Shown here: positions 17,752-26,667 of the stretch, piece after piece
Layout: each line of letters opens with the position of its first letter
Position numbering within the stretch: the stretch's first letter is position 1
Assembly (NCBI GenBank): GCA_964608675.1
Contig: CAZSOZ010000002.1
Coordinates: 192,001-256,000, forward strand
DNA: 64,000 nt
Source: an uncultured archaeon
GTDB taxonomy: Archaea; Iainarchaeota; Iainarchaeia; Iainarchaeales; 1-14-0-10-31-34
Direction of reading: 5' to 3'
Program-made: the position numbers and the translations under genes
Notes under the pieces: generated by a model
The model's database searches: none
Told to the model about the DNA's origin: nothing
Seen by the model: only the letters and a program-made list of their open reading frames with translations

Positions 17752-18699
17752 ATGAAAGTAGAAAAAGTTTTTTTGGTTTCTCCAAGAGGGTTTTGTGCAG
17801 GAGTAAAAAGAGCAGTGGAAGTAGTTGAAGATTGTTTAAAGCTTTTTGGAAGTCCGGTTTATGTAAAGCATGAAATAGTTCACAACAAAAGAGTTGTAGA
17901 AGACTTAGAAAAAAAAGGCGCAGTAACAATAGAGGATTTAAATGATGTTCCTGAAAATTCTGTTGTAGTGTTTTCTGCTCATGGTTCTCCGCCAAAACAT
18001 TATGAATTAGCAAAAAAAAGAAATTTAAAGGTAATTGATGCAACCTGTCCGCTGGTAACCAAAGTTCACTTGGAAGTAAAAAATTTTGCAAAAGAAGGAT
18101 TCAAAATCATTTACATTTGCCATAAAAATCACATTGAAGCAAAAGGAGTTATGGCTGAATTAAAAGAAGGAATTTATCCAGTGGAAACAATTGAAGACAT
18201 ACAAAAACTTGAAATAGGAAAACCCCAAAAACTTGTTTATTTAAGCCAGACAACCTTAAGCGTAAACGAAACAAAAAAAATAATTGAAGCAGTCAAAAAA
18301 AAGTATCCGTATATTACTGACCCCCCAAAAGAAGACATTTGTTATGCAACAACAAACAGACAGAAAGCAGTAAAAGAATTAGTGAAAAAAGTTGATTTAA
18401 TTTTAATTATAGGCTCAAAAACTTCATCTAATTCTCAAAGACTAAAAGAAACCGCTTTGTCTCACGGAAAAAAAGCTTTTCTTGTGGGCAGAATTGAAGA
18501 CCTCAAAGAAGAATGGTTTGAAGGAATAAAAAACGTTGGAATAAGTGCCGGTGCAAGTTCTCCTGAAAAAGTAGTTGAAGAAATAGTTGACTATTTTTTA
18601 AACAAAGGAGCAAAAAAAGAACAGCTTTTAATTTTAGAAGAAAAAATGCAGTTTGTTGAACCATTTGAATTAACTAAAATGAAAAAAGAGAAAAAATAA
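17752..18699 (+). CDS. ispH: 4-hydroxy-3-methylbut-2-enyl diphosphate reductase
   Basis: PRGFCAGVKRA, HEIVHN, FSAHG, DATCPLVTKVH, HIE, QTTLS, DICYATTNRQ, SSNS and AGAS; three cluster Cys present. Confidence 0.95.
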   Translation: MKVEKVFLVSPRGFCAGVKRAVEVVEDCLKLFGSPVYVKHEIVHNKRVVEDLEKKGAVTIEDLNDVPENSVVVFSAHGSPPKHYELAKKRNLKVIDATCPLVTKVHLEVKNFAKEGFKIIYICHKNHIEAKGVMAELKEGIYPVETIEDIQKLEIGKPQKLVYLSQTTLSVNETKKIIEAVKKKYPYITDPPKEDICYATTNRQKAVKELVKKVDLILIIGSKTSSNSQRLKETALSHGKKAFLVGRIEDLKEEWFEGIKNVGISAGASSPEKVVEEIVDYFLNKGAKKEQLLILEEKMQFVEPFELTKMKKEKK

Positions 18700-18711
18700 A
18701 GAAAAAATTAT

Positions 18712-19197
18712 TTACTCTCTTTTTGCCAGCTGAGAGTCAATCATCAGCAAACCGTTTTTTGAGTTTTCAACCATTTTTAGTTTTTCAACGATTTTTCCTG
18801 CGGTGTCTTCTTCTTCAACCTGCTCTGAAACAAACCATTGAATGAAAACTTCTGTAGCAAAATCTTTTTCTGTTTTTGAAAGCTCAAAAATATTGTTTAT
18901 CTGGGATGAAACAAGCTTTTCGTGTTTTAAAGCGTCTTCAAATGCATGCAAAGGAGACTTCCATTCTGTTTCAGGAGCATTAATTTCAGTTAAAATCATT
19001 TTTCCTCCTCTTTCATGCACGAAATCAAATATTTTCATTGCATGAATCCATTCTTCTTCTGATTGTTTTTTCATCCAATGAGCAAAACCCTCTAAATTCA
19101 ACGAATCAAAGTAGGCTGACATCGACAAATACAAATAAGAAGAAAAATACTCGCTATTAAACTGCTTGTTTAAAATTTCCTCTATTTTTTTATTCAT
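18712..19197 (-). CDS. ftnA: Non-heme ferritin
   Basis: E..SSYLYLSMS, EE..HAMK, HE, QWFVSEQVEEE ferroxidase motifs. Confidence 0.95.
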   Translation of the reverse strand: MNKKIEEILNKQFNSEYFSSYLYLSMSAYFDSLNLEGFAHWMKKQSEEEWIHAMKIFDFVHERGGKMILTEINAPETEWKSPLHAFEDALKHEKLVSSQINNIFELSKTEKDFATEVFIQWFVSEQVEEEDTAGKIVEKLKMVENSKNGLLMIDSQLAKRE

Positions 19198-19268
19198 TCA
19201 TTTCACCTCAAATTTTTTTTGTTTTTTTTTATTTATTTTCATTTTATTTTTTAAGTTTTTTTTTGGCT

Positions 19269-19874
19269 TTATTTTTTTGCTTTTAAGTAGTGTTCGTTAA
19301 CTTTGTTCCAGTTAATTACATTAAAGAATGCTTCAATGTATTCAGGTCGCTTGTTTTGGTATTTCAAATAATAAGCGTGCTCCCATACATCCAAAACAAG
19401 CAAAGGAAACATTCCTGCAGTCAAAGGACTTTCCTGGTTTGGAGTCTGAATTATTTCAAGTTCTCCTTTGTTTAATACCAGCCAAGTCCATCCGCTTCCA
19501 AACAAAGTTCCTGCAGAATCAGAAAATTTTTTTTTAAAGTTTTCATAGGAACCAAATTTTTCTTTTATTTTTTCTGCGATTTCTCCTTTAAATTCAATGT
19601 CTTTTTTGAGGATTGTCCAAAAAAAGTTATGGTTGGCTACTCCTCCGCCGTTGTTTTTTACTGCAGTCCTTATTTCATTTGGAAGAGAATTTAAAGCTGA
19701 AACCAGTTCTTCAGGAGATTTTTTTTGCAGTTCTTCATGACCCTCCAATGCCTTATTTAATTTATTTACATATCCTTGATGATGCTTTGAATAATGCACT
19801 TCCATTGTTTTTGCGTCAATGAAAGGCTCTAATGCATCATACGAAAAAGTAAGCTTCATTAATTCATATTTCAT
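19269..19874 (-). CDS. sod: Fe/Mn superoxide dismutase
   Basis: YDALEP, HYSKHH, NGGG..NH, FGSGW, DVWEHAYY; start moved to MKYEL after GAGG. Confidence 0.96.
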   Translation of the reverse strand: MKYELMKLTFSYDALEPFIDAKTMEVHYSKHHQGYVNKLNKALEGHEELQKKSPEELVSALNSLPNEIRTAVKNNGGGVANHNFFWTILKKDIEFKGEIAEKIKEKFGSYENFKKKFSDSAGTLFGSGWTWLVLNKGELEIIQTPNQESPLTAGMFPLLVLDVWEHAYYLKYQNKRPEYIEAFFNVINWNKVNEHYLKAKK

Positions 19875-19934
19875 TTTTAATTCCTCCTTAAAAAATAATT
19901 TTTTTAATTTTTTATTTTTCATTCAATTTTAAAT

Positions 19935-20498
19935 TCAAATTTTTCCAACTAAATTCAAGCCGGGTTCAAGGGTTTTGTCTCCTTCCTTCCAGCCTGCAGG
20001 ACAAACCTGCCCTTTATGTTCTTCTGTAAATTTTGCTGCCTGAATTTTTCTGATTAATTCAGAGGTACTTCTTCCAATGTCATTGTGATGAAATTCAAAT
20101 GCTTTAATTATTCCGTCAGGGTCAATTACAAAAGTTGCTCTGACACTTAATCCTTCTTCTTCAATTAAAGTTCCAAAAGAAGCACATACTTTTCCTGTAG
20201 GATCTGCAACCATCGGAAAACTTATTTTTTTGATTGTTTCAGAACTGTCATGCCATGCTTTATGAACGAATTCAGTGTCCTTGCTTACACTTAAAATTTC
20301 GGTGTTCATTTCCTGAAATTTTTTGTAGTTGTCTGCCAGTTCTCCTAATTCTGTGGGGCACACAAAAGTGAAATCAGCAGGATAAAAAAATAAAACAACC
20401 CATTTTCCTTTGAAATCAGAAAGCTTTAATTCTTTTATTTTGCCGTCATGGAAAGCTTTGGCAATGAAATTAGGTGCTTTTTCATTAATTTTAATCAT
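19935..20498 (-). CDS. ahpC: 2-Cys peroxiredoxin
   Basis: FFYPADFTFVCPTE and VCPAGW; start overlaps the stop of the upstream Fur/PerR gene. Confidence 0.95.
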   Translation of the reverse strand: MIKINEKAPNFIAKAFHDGKIKELKLSDFKGKWVVLFFYPADFTFVCPTELGELADNYKKFQEMNTEILSVSKDTEFVHKAWHDSSETIKKISFPMVADPTGKVCASFGTLIEEEGLSVRATFVIDPDGIIKAFEFHHNDIGRSTSELIRKIQAAKFTEEHKGQVCPAGWKEGDKTLEPGLNLVGKI

Positions 20499-20899
20499 TT
20501 TTTTACCTTCTTTTTGCTGCATTCAGAACATAAACCATAAAAAATTACGTTAACTGAATCAGGCTTGAATTCTCTTGACTTGAATTTGTCAAGCAGGTCT
20601 TTTGGAAAATTTTTGTCAGTGTATTCAATTATTTTTCCGCAGTTCCTGCATACACAGTGTTCATGAAGATTACAGTCAGCATCAAATCTGAATTCCCCGT
20701 TAATTTCAAGCCTGCAGATTTTACCTAGTTCAGCCAGCTTGCTTAAATTCCTGTAAACCGTTGCACGGGTAATTGACGGAACCTCTTCTTTTACTGCATT
20801 ATAAATTGTTTCTGCATTAGGATGGGATTTAACTTTTTTCAGGTAATCAAGAATTTTATGCATTTGAACTGTGTTTCTTATTTCTAAAGACATAAACAA
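20495..20899 (-). CDS. Fur/PerR-family regulator
   Basis: HPNAE, ATVYRNL, RFD, HEHCVCRNCG and YGLCSEC; heads the ahpC-sod-ftn operon. Confidence 0.92.
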   Translation of the reverse strand: MFMSLEIRNTVQMHKILDYLKKVKSHPNAETIYNAVKEEVPSITRATVYRNLSKLAELGKICRLEINGEFRFDADCNLHEHCVCRNCGKIIEYTDKNFPKDLLDKFKSREFKPDSVNVIFYGLCSECSKKKVKK

Positions 20900-20991
20900 A
20901 CCTTATTTATAATAAATATTAATTAGTAGCAATTATTATTTAAAGCTTTTGGTTGGTTTTTTGGTTTAAAAGAAATTTTTTTCATAAATAT

Positions 20992-22050
20992 TTATCTATT
21001 TAAATATGCTTCAAACAAGATGTCTGAACCTGATTTGCAGAAAACCGGATTTTTTAATTGAATTGATTTGCTTATTTTTTTTGTTTCAAGCTGACCAAAA
21101 ACAGGAACTGCATCATTTCCAAAAATTTTTGGAGAAATAAAAAACATTAATTTGTCTGCAAGTTTTTCCTTCAAAAAAGAAGTAAAAATTTGAGAGCCTC
21201 CCTCAACTAAAACAGAAGAAATATTTCTTTTTCCGAGTTCAATTAAAAGTTTTTTTAAGTCAACTGAATTGTTTTTTCCTTTAATTTCTATTACTTTTTC
21301 TTTGAATTTTTTTTCTGGAAAAAGTTTTTTGTCTGTTCCTGCAATCAAAAAGTTTTTATCAGAAAAAACATTTAAGCTGGAAGAAATTTTTTTGGAGCAA
21401 ACAATTATTCTTAAAGGGTTTCTGCTTTTTGGAATCCTTGAAGTAAGTTTTGGATTGTCTTTTTTTGCAGTATTTTCTCCGATTAAAACTGCATCAATTT
21501 TTGAACGAAGAGCATGCACTAGTTTTCTTGATTCAAGGGAAGAAATCCATTTTGAATCAAAGTTTTTTAATGCTATTTTTCCATCCAAAGAAACTGCTGC
21601 TTTAAGGACTACAAAAGGCTTTCTTGTTTTTTGAAATTTAATGTATGCTTCATTTATTTTTTTTGCTTTTTTTTCAAGCAGGCCTGTTTCAACTTTTATT
21701 CCTGCTTTTTTTAATTCGTTTATTCCTTTTCCATTAACTAAAGGATTCGGGTCCTTTAAAGCAACTGCAACTTTTTTTATGCCTGACTGAATTATTGCTT
21801 TTGTGCAGGGAGGAGTTCTTCCGTAATGAGAGCAGGGTTCAAGAGAAACAAACATTTCAGCATTAACTGCTTTTTTTCCTGCTTTATTTAAAGCATTAAT
21901 TTCTGCGTGCTTTCCTGCGTTTTTTTCATAAAATCCTTCGCCAATAATTTTTTTGTTTTTAACTATTATACAGCCTACGAAAGGATTTGGAGAAACATTT
22001 GCTTTAAGGGAAATTTCCAAGGCTCTTTCCATGAATTTTTTTTTGTTCAT
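20992..22050 (-). CDS. ribD: Bifunctional riboflavin deaminase/reductase (bacterial type)
   Basis: SPNPFVG, HAE, LEPCSHYGRTPPC, SLDGKIA, DNPKLT, VEGG. Confidence 0.95.
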   Translation of the reverse strand: MNKKKFMERALEISLKANVSPNPFVGCIIVKNKKIIGEGFYEKNAGKHAEINALNKAGKKAVNAEMFVSLEPCSHYGRTPPCTKAIIQSGIKKVAVALKDPNPLVNGKGINELKKAGIKVETGLLEKKAKKINEAYIKFQKTRKPFVVLKAAVSLDGKIALKNFDSKWISSLESRKLVHALRSKIDAVLIGENTAKKDNPKLTSRIPKSRNPLRIIVCSKKISSSLNVFSDKNFLIAGTDKKLFPEKKFKEKVIEIKGKNNSVDLKKLLIELGKRNISSVLVEGGSQIFTSFLKEKLADKLMFFISPKIFGNDAVPVFGQLETKKISKSIQLKNPVFCKSGSDILFEAYLNR

Positions 22051-23234
22051 AACAAATGGCCTAATTTTTCTTTTTTTGTCTGAAAATAATTTTTTGAAAA
22101 ATTTGTTGGAGAAATCTTTAAGGGAATTCTTTTGCTTACAGTTATTCCGTTTTCTTTCAACTGCTTAATTTTTTCAGGGTTGTTGGTCATTAACTTAATT
22201 TTTTTTGCTCCAAGTTTTTTGAGGATTTCAGCTGCAACAGCAAAACTTCTTTCATCAGGTTTATGGCCTAAAGCAGTGTTTGCCTGAACTGTATCAAAAC
22301 CCTGTTCCTGCAAATGATAAGCCTTAATTTTTTCAATTATTCCTATTCCCCTTCCCTCCTGAAACAAATAAACCAGAATTCCTGCGCTTTCCTCATTTAT
22401 TTTTTGAAGAGAAGATTCAAGCTGGCTTCCGCAATCGCATTTAAGAGAATGAAAAATTTCTCCAGTAATGCACTGAGAATGAAGCCTTACCAAAACTTCC
22501 TTGTTTTTTATTTCTCCTTTAACTAATGCAAGATGAACAGAATTATCAGAAGAAAAACTGAAAGCCATTAATTTCATTAAACCAAATTTGGTTGGAAGAA
22601 CAGCAGAAGACTCAATTTTAACTAATTCATCAAATTCTTTTCTGAATTCAATTAAATCATCAATTGAAACCATTTTAATTTTGTGTTCATCAGAAAACTC
22701 CTTTAATTCATTCAAGTTTTTAACTGAACCATTTTTATTTACAAGCTCTCCTATGACTCCTGCAGGATAATGCTCAGAAAGCCTTGCTAAATCAACTGCA
22801 GCTTCTGTGTGGCCTTCTCTTCCAAGAACTCCTAAAGGATGAGCAAACAAAGGAAAAACGTGGCCAGGGAAACCAAAATCCTTTTTTTCTGCAGAAAAAG
22901 AAATTAATGTCTTAATTGTTTGATTTCTGTCTTTAGCTGAAATCCCTGAACCTACTTTATTGACGGCATCAACAGAAACAGAAAAACTTGTATTAAAATT
23001 ATCTGAACTTTTTTTAACCATTCTTGGAATACCCAATTCATTAAGCCTTTTTTCCTGCATTGGAACACAAATTATTCCAGAAGTATGGTTGACCATGAAA
23101 GCCATTTTTTGTTCAGTTAATTTTTCTGCAGGAACAAACAAGTCTCCTTCGCTTTCCCTGTCTTTATGATCCACTACAATCAAAAAATTTCCTTTCTTTA
23201 ATTCATTCAAAGCTTCAGAAACAGACGAAAACAT
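22047..23234 (-). CDS. ribBA: Bifunctional DHBP synthase / GTP cyclohydrolase II
   Basis: DRESEGD, GISAKDR, PGHVFPL, GHTEAAVDL; VRLHSQCITG, CDCG, QEGRGIG, TNNP. Confidence 0.95.
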   Translation of the reverse strand: MFSSVSEALNELKKGNFLIVVDHKDRESEGDLFVPAEKLTEQKMAFMVNHTSGIICVPMQEKRLNELGIPRMVKKSSDNFNTSFSVSVDAVNKVGSGISAKDRNQTIKTLISFSAEKKDFGFPGHVFPLFAHPLGVLGREGHTEAAVDLARLSEHYPAGVIGELVNKNGSVKNLNELKEFSDEHKIKMVSIDDLIEFRKEFDELVKIESSAVLPTKFGLMKLMAFSFSSDNSVHLALVKGEIKNKEVLVRLHSQCITGEIFHSLKCDCGSQLESSLQKINEESAGILVYLFQEGRGIGIIEKIKAYHLQEQGFDTVQANTALGHKPDERSFAVAAEILKKLGAKKIKLMTNNPEKIKQLKENGITVSKRIPLKISPTNFSKNYFQTKKEKLGHLL

Positions 23235-24116
23235 TTATTTCACCTTTAATGATTTAAAAACTGATTCAACTGAATGCCTTGCATAAGATTCAATTCTTTT
23301 AACTGCCTGTTCCTTTGAAATCCCTGGACCAGAAACTCCAAAAGCAACAGGTTTATTGAATTCAAGACTTAAAGAAAAAACTTTGTCAGCACAAGTAAAA
23401 GCAACAACTTCGTCATGAAAAGTTTCTCCTTTAATTACTGCCCCCAAAACAATCACTGCATTAATATCCTTCTCCTTTAAAAGAAATTTGACTGCCAGAG
23501 GAGCATCCAAAACGCCTGAAACATGAATTGATTCTTTTACCAGCATTCCAAGTCTTTCTGCATGAATTAAAGCAGTTGACTTCATTTTATGAGTGATATC
23601 TGAATTATAATCCGAAACAACCAAACCAAGTTTTATTGTTTTACTGAAAGGAGGCTTAATTTGCCCTTCATCAGAAAAACCCTGGCGTCTTCCTTTTCCA
23701 GCAAATTCAGAAAGAACAGTTTTGCTTTCAAGTAAAGCCAAAGCATTCAAAACATGCTTTTTTGTTCTTTGTTCAGCTATACTGTAAAGTTGTTCTTCAG
23801 TTTTTGCTTCATCCATATGAACAAAAACTTCAAGAATAAACTTGTTTTCCGACAACTGCACGCGCTGAATAGAAAGAGAAGCTTCATGAGAACAAGTTTT
23901 ATCAATTTTTTCAGGACCGGGCATCCCCAAAGCAATAACCAAATCACAATTGTGTTGCTGGAAAAGTTTTTGACAGGCAACAGGAAGGTCTTTAATGCCT
24001 GGAACCGTAAATCTTTCAATGTCTCCCTGAAAACCTGATTCAGTTAATTGCTGTTCAACAAAATCAAACATGTTTACTCTGGAAAAAGTTGTGTCAGCAA
24101 TACCAATTTTAACCAT
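23235..24116 (-). CDS. ribC-ribH: Fusion of archaeal riboflavin synthase (RibC) and lumazine synthase (RibH)
   Basis: N-half KIGIADTTFSRVNM, TVPGIKDLPVAC, ALGMPG, EVFVHMDE (archaeal RibC); C-half GLVVSDYN..IT, GAVIKGETFHD, KPVAFGVSGPG (RibH); one open frame. Confidence 0.9.
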   Translation of the reverse strand: MVKIGIADTTFSRVNMFDFVEQQLTESGFQGDIERFTVPGIKDLPVACQKLFQQHNCDLVIALGMPGPEKIDKTCSHEASLSIQRVQLSENKFILEVFVHMDEAKTEEQLYSIAEQRTKKHVLNALALLESKTVLSEFAGKGRRQGFSDEGQIKPPFSKTIKLGLVVSDYNSDITHKMKSTALIHAERLGMLVKESIHVSGVLDAPLAVKFLLKEKDINAVIVLGAVIKGETFHDEVVAFTCADKVFSLSLEFNKPVAFGVSGPGISKEQAVKRIESYARHSVESVFKSLKVK

Positions 24117-24217
24117 AAAATAAAAAGAAAACAGATTACTTAAAAATGTTTGGCTACTCAAAAAAGAGTAGATGCTTTGGGGAATGCATTCTGCTCAAAA
24201 ACAAAAACTTTTTTTTG

Positions 24218-25423
24218 TTATTCTTTGTCACGCAGTGCTTCAACAGGATCCATTAAAGAAGCTCTTCTGGAAGGAATAAAACCTGAAATCACTCCAACAA
24301 AAAAAGCAAAACCAAGAGAACCTAAAAAAAGAAATAAATTAAATTCAATAAACAAATCAACTCCTGATGAGCTTGCAATGATTCCTCCAATTAAAGCCAA
24401 AGCAAAACCAATTAAATAGCCGATAAATCCTCCAATTAAACCAATGATTCCTGATTCAGTCAAAAAAAGCGAAAGAACAATAGTGTTTGTTGCGCCCACT
24501 GCTTTCATTACTCCTATTTCTTTTGTGCGCTCAACAACAGACATAAGCATTGTATTCATTATTCCAATGCCTCCTACAACCAAAGAAATTGCAGCAATAA
24601 AAACCAAAACAATCTGAATTAAACCTAAAACACTTAAAGCAGTTTCCTGTATTTGGGATGCAGTTAAAATCTGAAAATCTTCTTGTCCGTGAGCTCTCTC
24701 TAATTCTCTTTTAATTCTTTCTTTTACTTCAGAAACATCTTCTTTATTTACTGCTTTAGCAAAAATTCTATAAGGAGTTAATTCTTTTCCTGTTATTTCC
24801 TCTAAAGTTTCATAATTCATTACAACCGCATTATCAAACATTGAACCAAAAGACTGACCTGTTGCCTTAGTGATTCCAACAACTTTTAATGAACCTCCTT
24901 CAAGAACAAGATTCTGCTTTAAATTTATTTTATTTTCAAACTTGTCTTCAGCAAAAGTTTCTCCAATTAAAACAGAATAGTTATCTGAAGAAGCCAAATG
25001 CCTTCCTTTATTTACAGTTAAAACACCCAAATCTTCAAGCAAAGACTGTTTTTTTACGTCAATTCCCAAAATCAAAGCAATTTTTTTTTCGTCTTTGAAT
25101 TCAATGTTTTCAGTTGACAAATACAAAGGAGTAGCTGATTCAACTCCTTTGACTGCTTCAACTCTGTCCGCATCTTTTTCATCAAGTTTAGCAAAAGCAG
25201 AACTCACAAAACTGGAGCCAGGCAAAACAATCAAAGTGTTTGAACCAAGTTTTTCAAATTCTTTTTCAACTGATTTATTAAATCCTTCTCCTATTGAAAT
25301 TAATGCAACAACAGAACCAATTCCAATAATTATTCCAAGCAAAGTCAAAAAACTTCTGAGTTTCTGCTTTTTAAGGTTTTCAAATGCATTAAAAAATAAT
25401 TCTCTGAAATCCATTTTTTTCAC
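24218..25423 (-). CDS. ABC transporter permease, MacB/FtsX family
   Basis: RSFLTLLGIIIGI, ISLVVGGIGIMNTMLMSVVERTKEIG, PVEALR. Confidence 0.93.
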   Translation of the reverse strand: MKKMDFRELFFNAFENLKKQKLRSFLTLLGIIIGIGSVVALISIGEGFNKSVEKEFEKLGSNTLIVLPGSSFVSSAFAKLDEKDADRVEAVKGVESATPLYLSTENIEFKDEKKIALILGIDVKKQSLLEDLGVLTVNKGRHLASSDNYSVLIGETFAEDKFENKINLKQNLVLEGGSLKVVGITKATGQSFGSMFDNAVVMNYETLEEITGKELTPYRIFAKAVNKEDVSEVKERIKRELERAHGQEDFQILTASQIQETALSVLGLIQIVLVFIAAISLVVGGIGIMNTMLMSVVERTKEIGVMKAVGATNTIVLSLFLTESGIIGLIGGFIGYLIGFALALIGGIIASSSGVDLFIEFNLFLFLGSLGFAFFVGVISGFIPSRRASLMDPVEALRDKE

Positions 25424-25449
25424 TTAACCAATTTTCTTTTTTTAATTTT

Positions 25450-26667
25450 TTATTCAAATCTTAATGCCTCAACTGGATCCATTTCTGCTGCTCTTTTTGC
25501 AGGAATCCATCCAGAAACCATGCCAACAACCAAAGAAAAAATTAATGCACCTGCAATTAATTCAATTGAAGGAAAAGCATTAAATGCAAAACCTGCATAA
25601 GAAGCAGTAAAAGACGCAAACAAAGCAATCAAAGAACCCAAAACTGCTCCTACAATTCCTCCAATTAAACCAATTAAAGCTGATTCAAACAAAAAAATCC
25701 CAAGAACTGTAGTGCTTGTAGCACCAATAGCTTTCATTATGCCGATTTCTCTTGTTCTTTCCATTACAGCCATTAACATTGTATTCATTATGCCTATTCC
25801 TCCTACTACAAGAGAAATTCCTGCAATCACAAAAACAATTAATCCTACCAAACCAAGTATTGCGTCTGCTCCCTGAAGCAGATTCTCTGAAGTCATTGTA
25901 TAAAAGTCTTTTGCCCCGTGCTTTTTTTCTAATTCGTCTTCAATTTCTTCCTGTATTTCATTAATTCTTTCAGTGTCTTCAACTGTAACCAGCAATTCAA
26001 CAGGATTTTTTTCATTAAAATAGTCTTCAACCACTCTTTTGTTTACTAACACCATATTAGAAACGCCAAAAGAAGAAGCAAAAGCATTAGGTTTGCTTAT
26101 TGCAATAACACGAAATTTTTTTCCGTTTATTTCAATGTTTTCTCTTACCTGAATTTCTTCATCAAAAGTTTCAGAAGCAAAATCAGAATACAAGCCAACA
26201 GAAAAATTGTCTGTTGAAGTAAATTCTCTTCCTTCAATTATTTGCACGTAACCCATTTGTTCAAGCAAATACATTTTGTCTGCTTCCATTCCAACTAAAA
26301 TCACTTCCACTTCCTGTCCTTTGTATTCAAGTATTGCAGAAGTTTCCCAAAAACCAGTAGCATCTTCAACTCCTCTAACTCGCTTAATTACATCCAAATC
26401 ATCTTCTTTTAAAGTACGGGCAATAGCAGTAGTGATTCCTGCTTCAGAACCAGGTTCAACAAAAATAGTGTTCATTCCAAGAGACTGAAGTTCTCCAGTA
26501 ATGAATCCCTGCAGACCCTGAACAATAGCAATCAAAGAAACAATTGCAGCAATGCCAATAATTATTCCAAGCAAAGTCAAATAACTTCTAAGCTTCTGGT
26601 TTCTGATGTTTGTAAAAGCAACAGAAAAGGTTTCAAAATCAATCATTTGCACCTTTCCTTTTTTCAT
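25450..26667 (-). CDS. ABC transporter permease, MacB/FtsX family (paralog)
   Basis: RSYLTLLGIIIGI, GGIGIMNTMLMAVMERTREIG, DPVEALR. Confidence 0.93.
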   Translation of the reverse strand: MKKGKVQMIDFETFSVAFTNIRNQKLRSYLTLLGIIIGIAAIVSLIAIVQGLQGFITGELQSLGMNTIFVEPGSEAGITTAIARTLKEDDLDVIKRVRGVEDATGFWETSAILEYKGQEVEVILVGMEADKMYLLEQMGYVQIIEGREFTSTDNFSVGLYSDFASETFDEEIQVRENIEINGKKFRVIAISKPNAFASSFGVSNMVLVNKRVVEDYFNEKNPVELLVTVEDTERINEIQEEIEDELEKKHGAKDFYTMTSENLLQGADAILGLVGLIVFVIAGISLVVGGIGIMNTMLMAVMERTREIGIMKAIGATSTTVLGIFLFESALIGLIGGIVGAVLGSLIALFASFTASYAGFAFNAFPSIELIAGALIFSLVVGMVSGWIPAKRAAEMDPVEALRFE

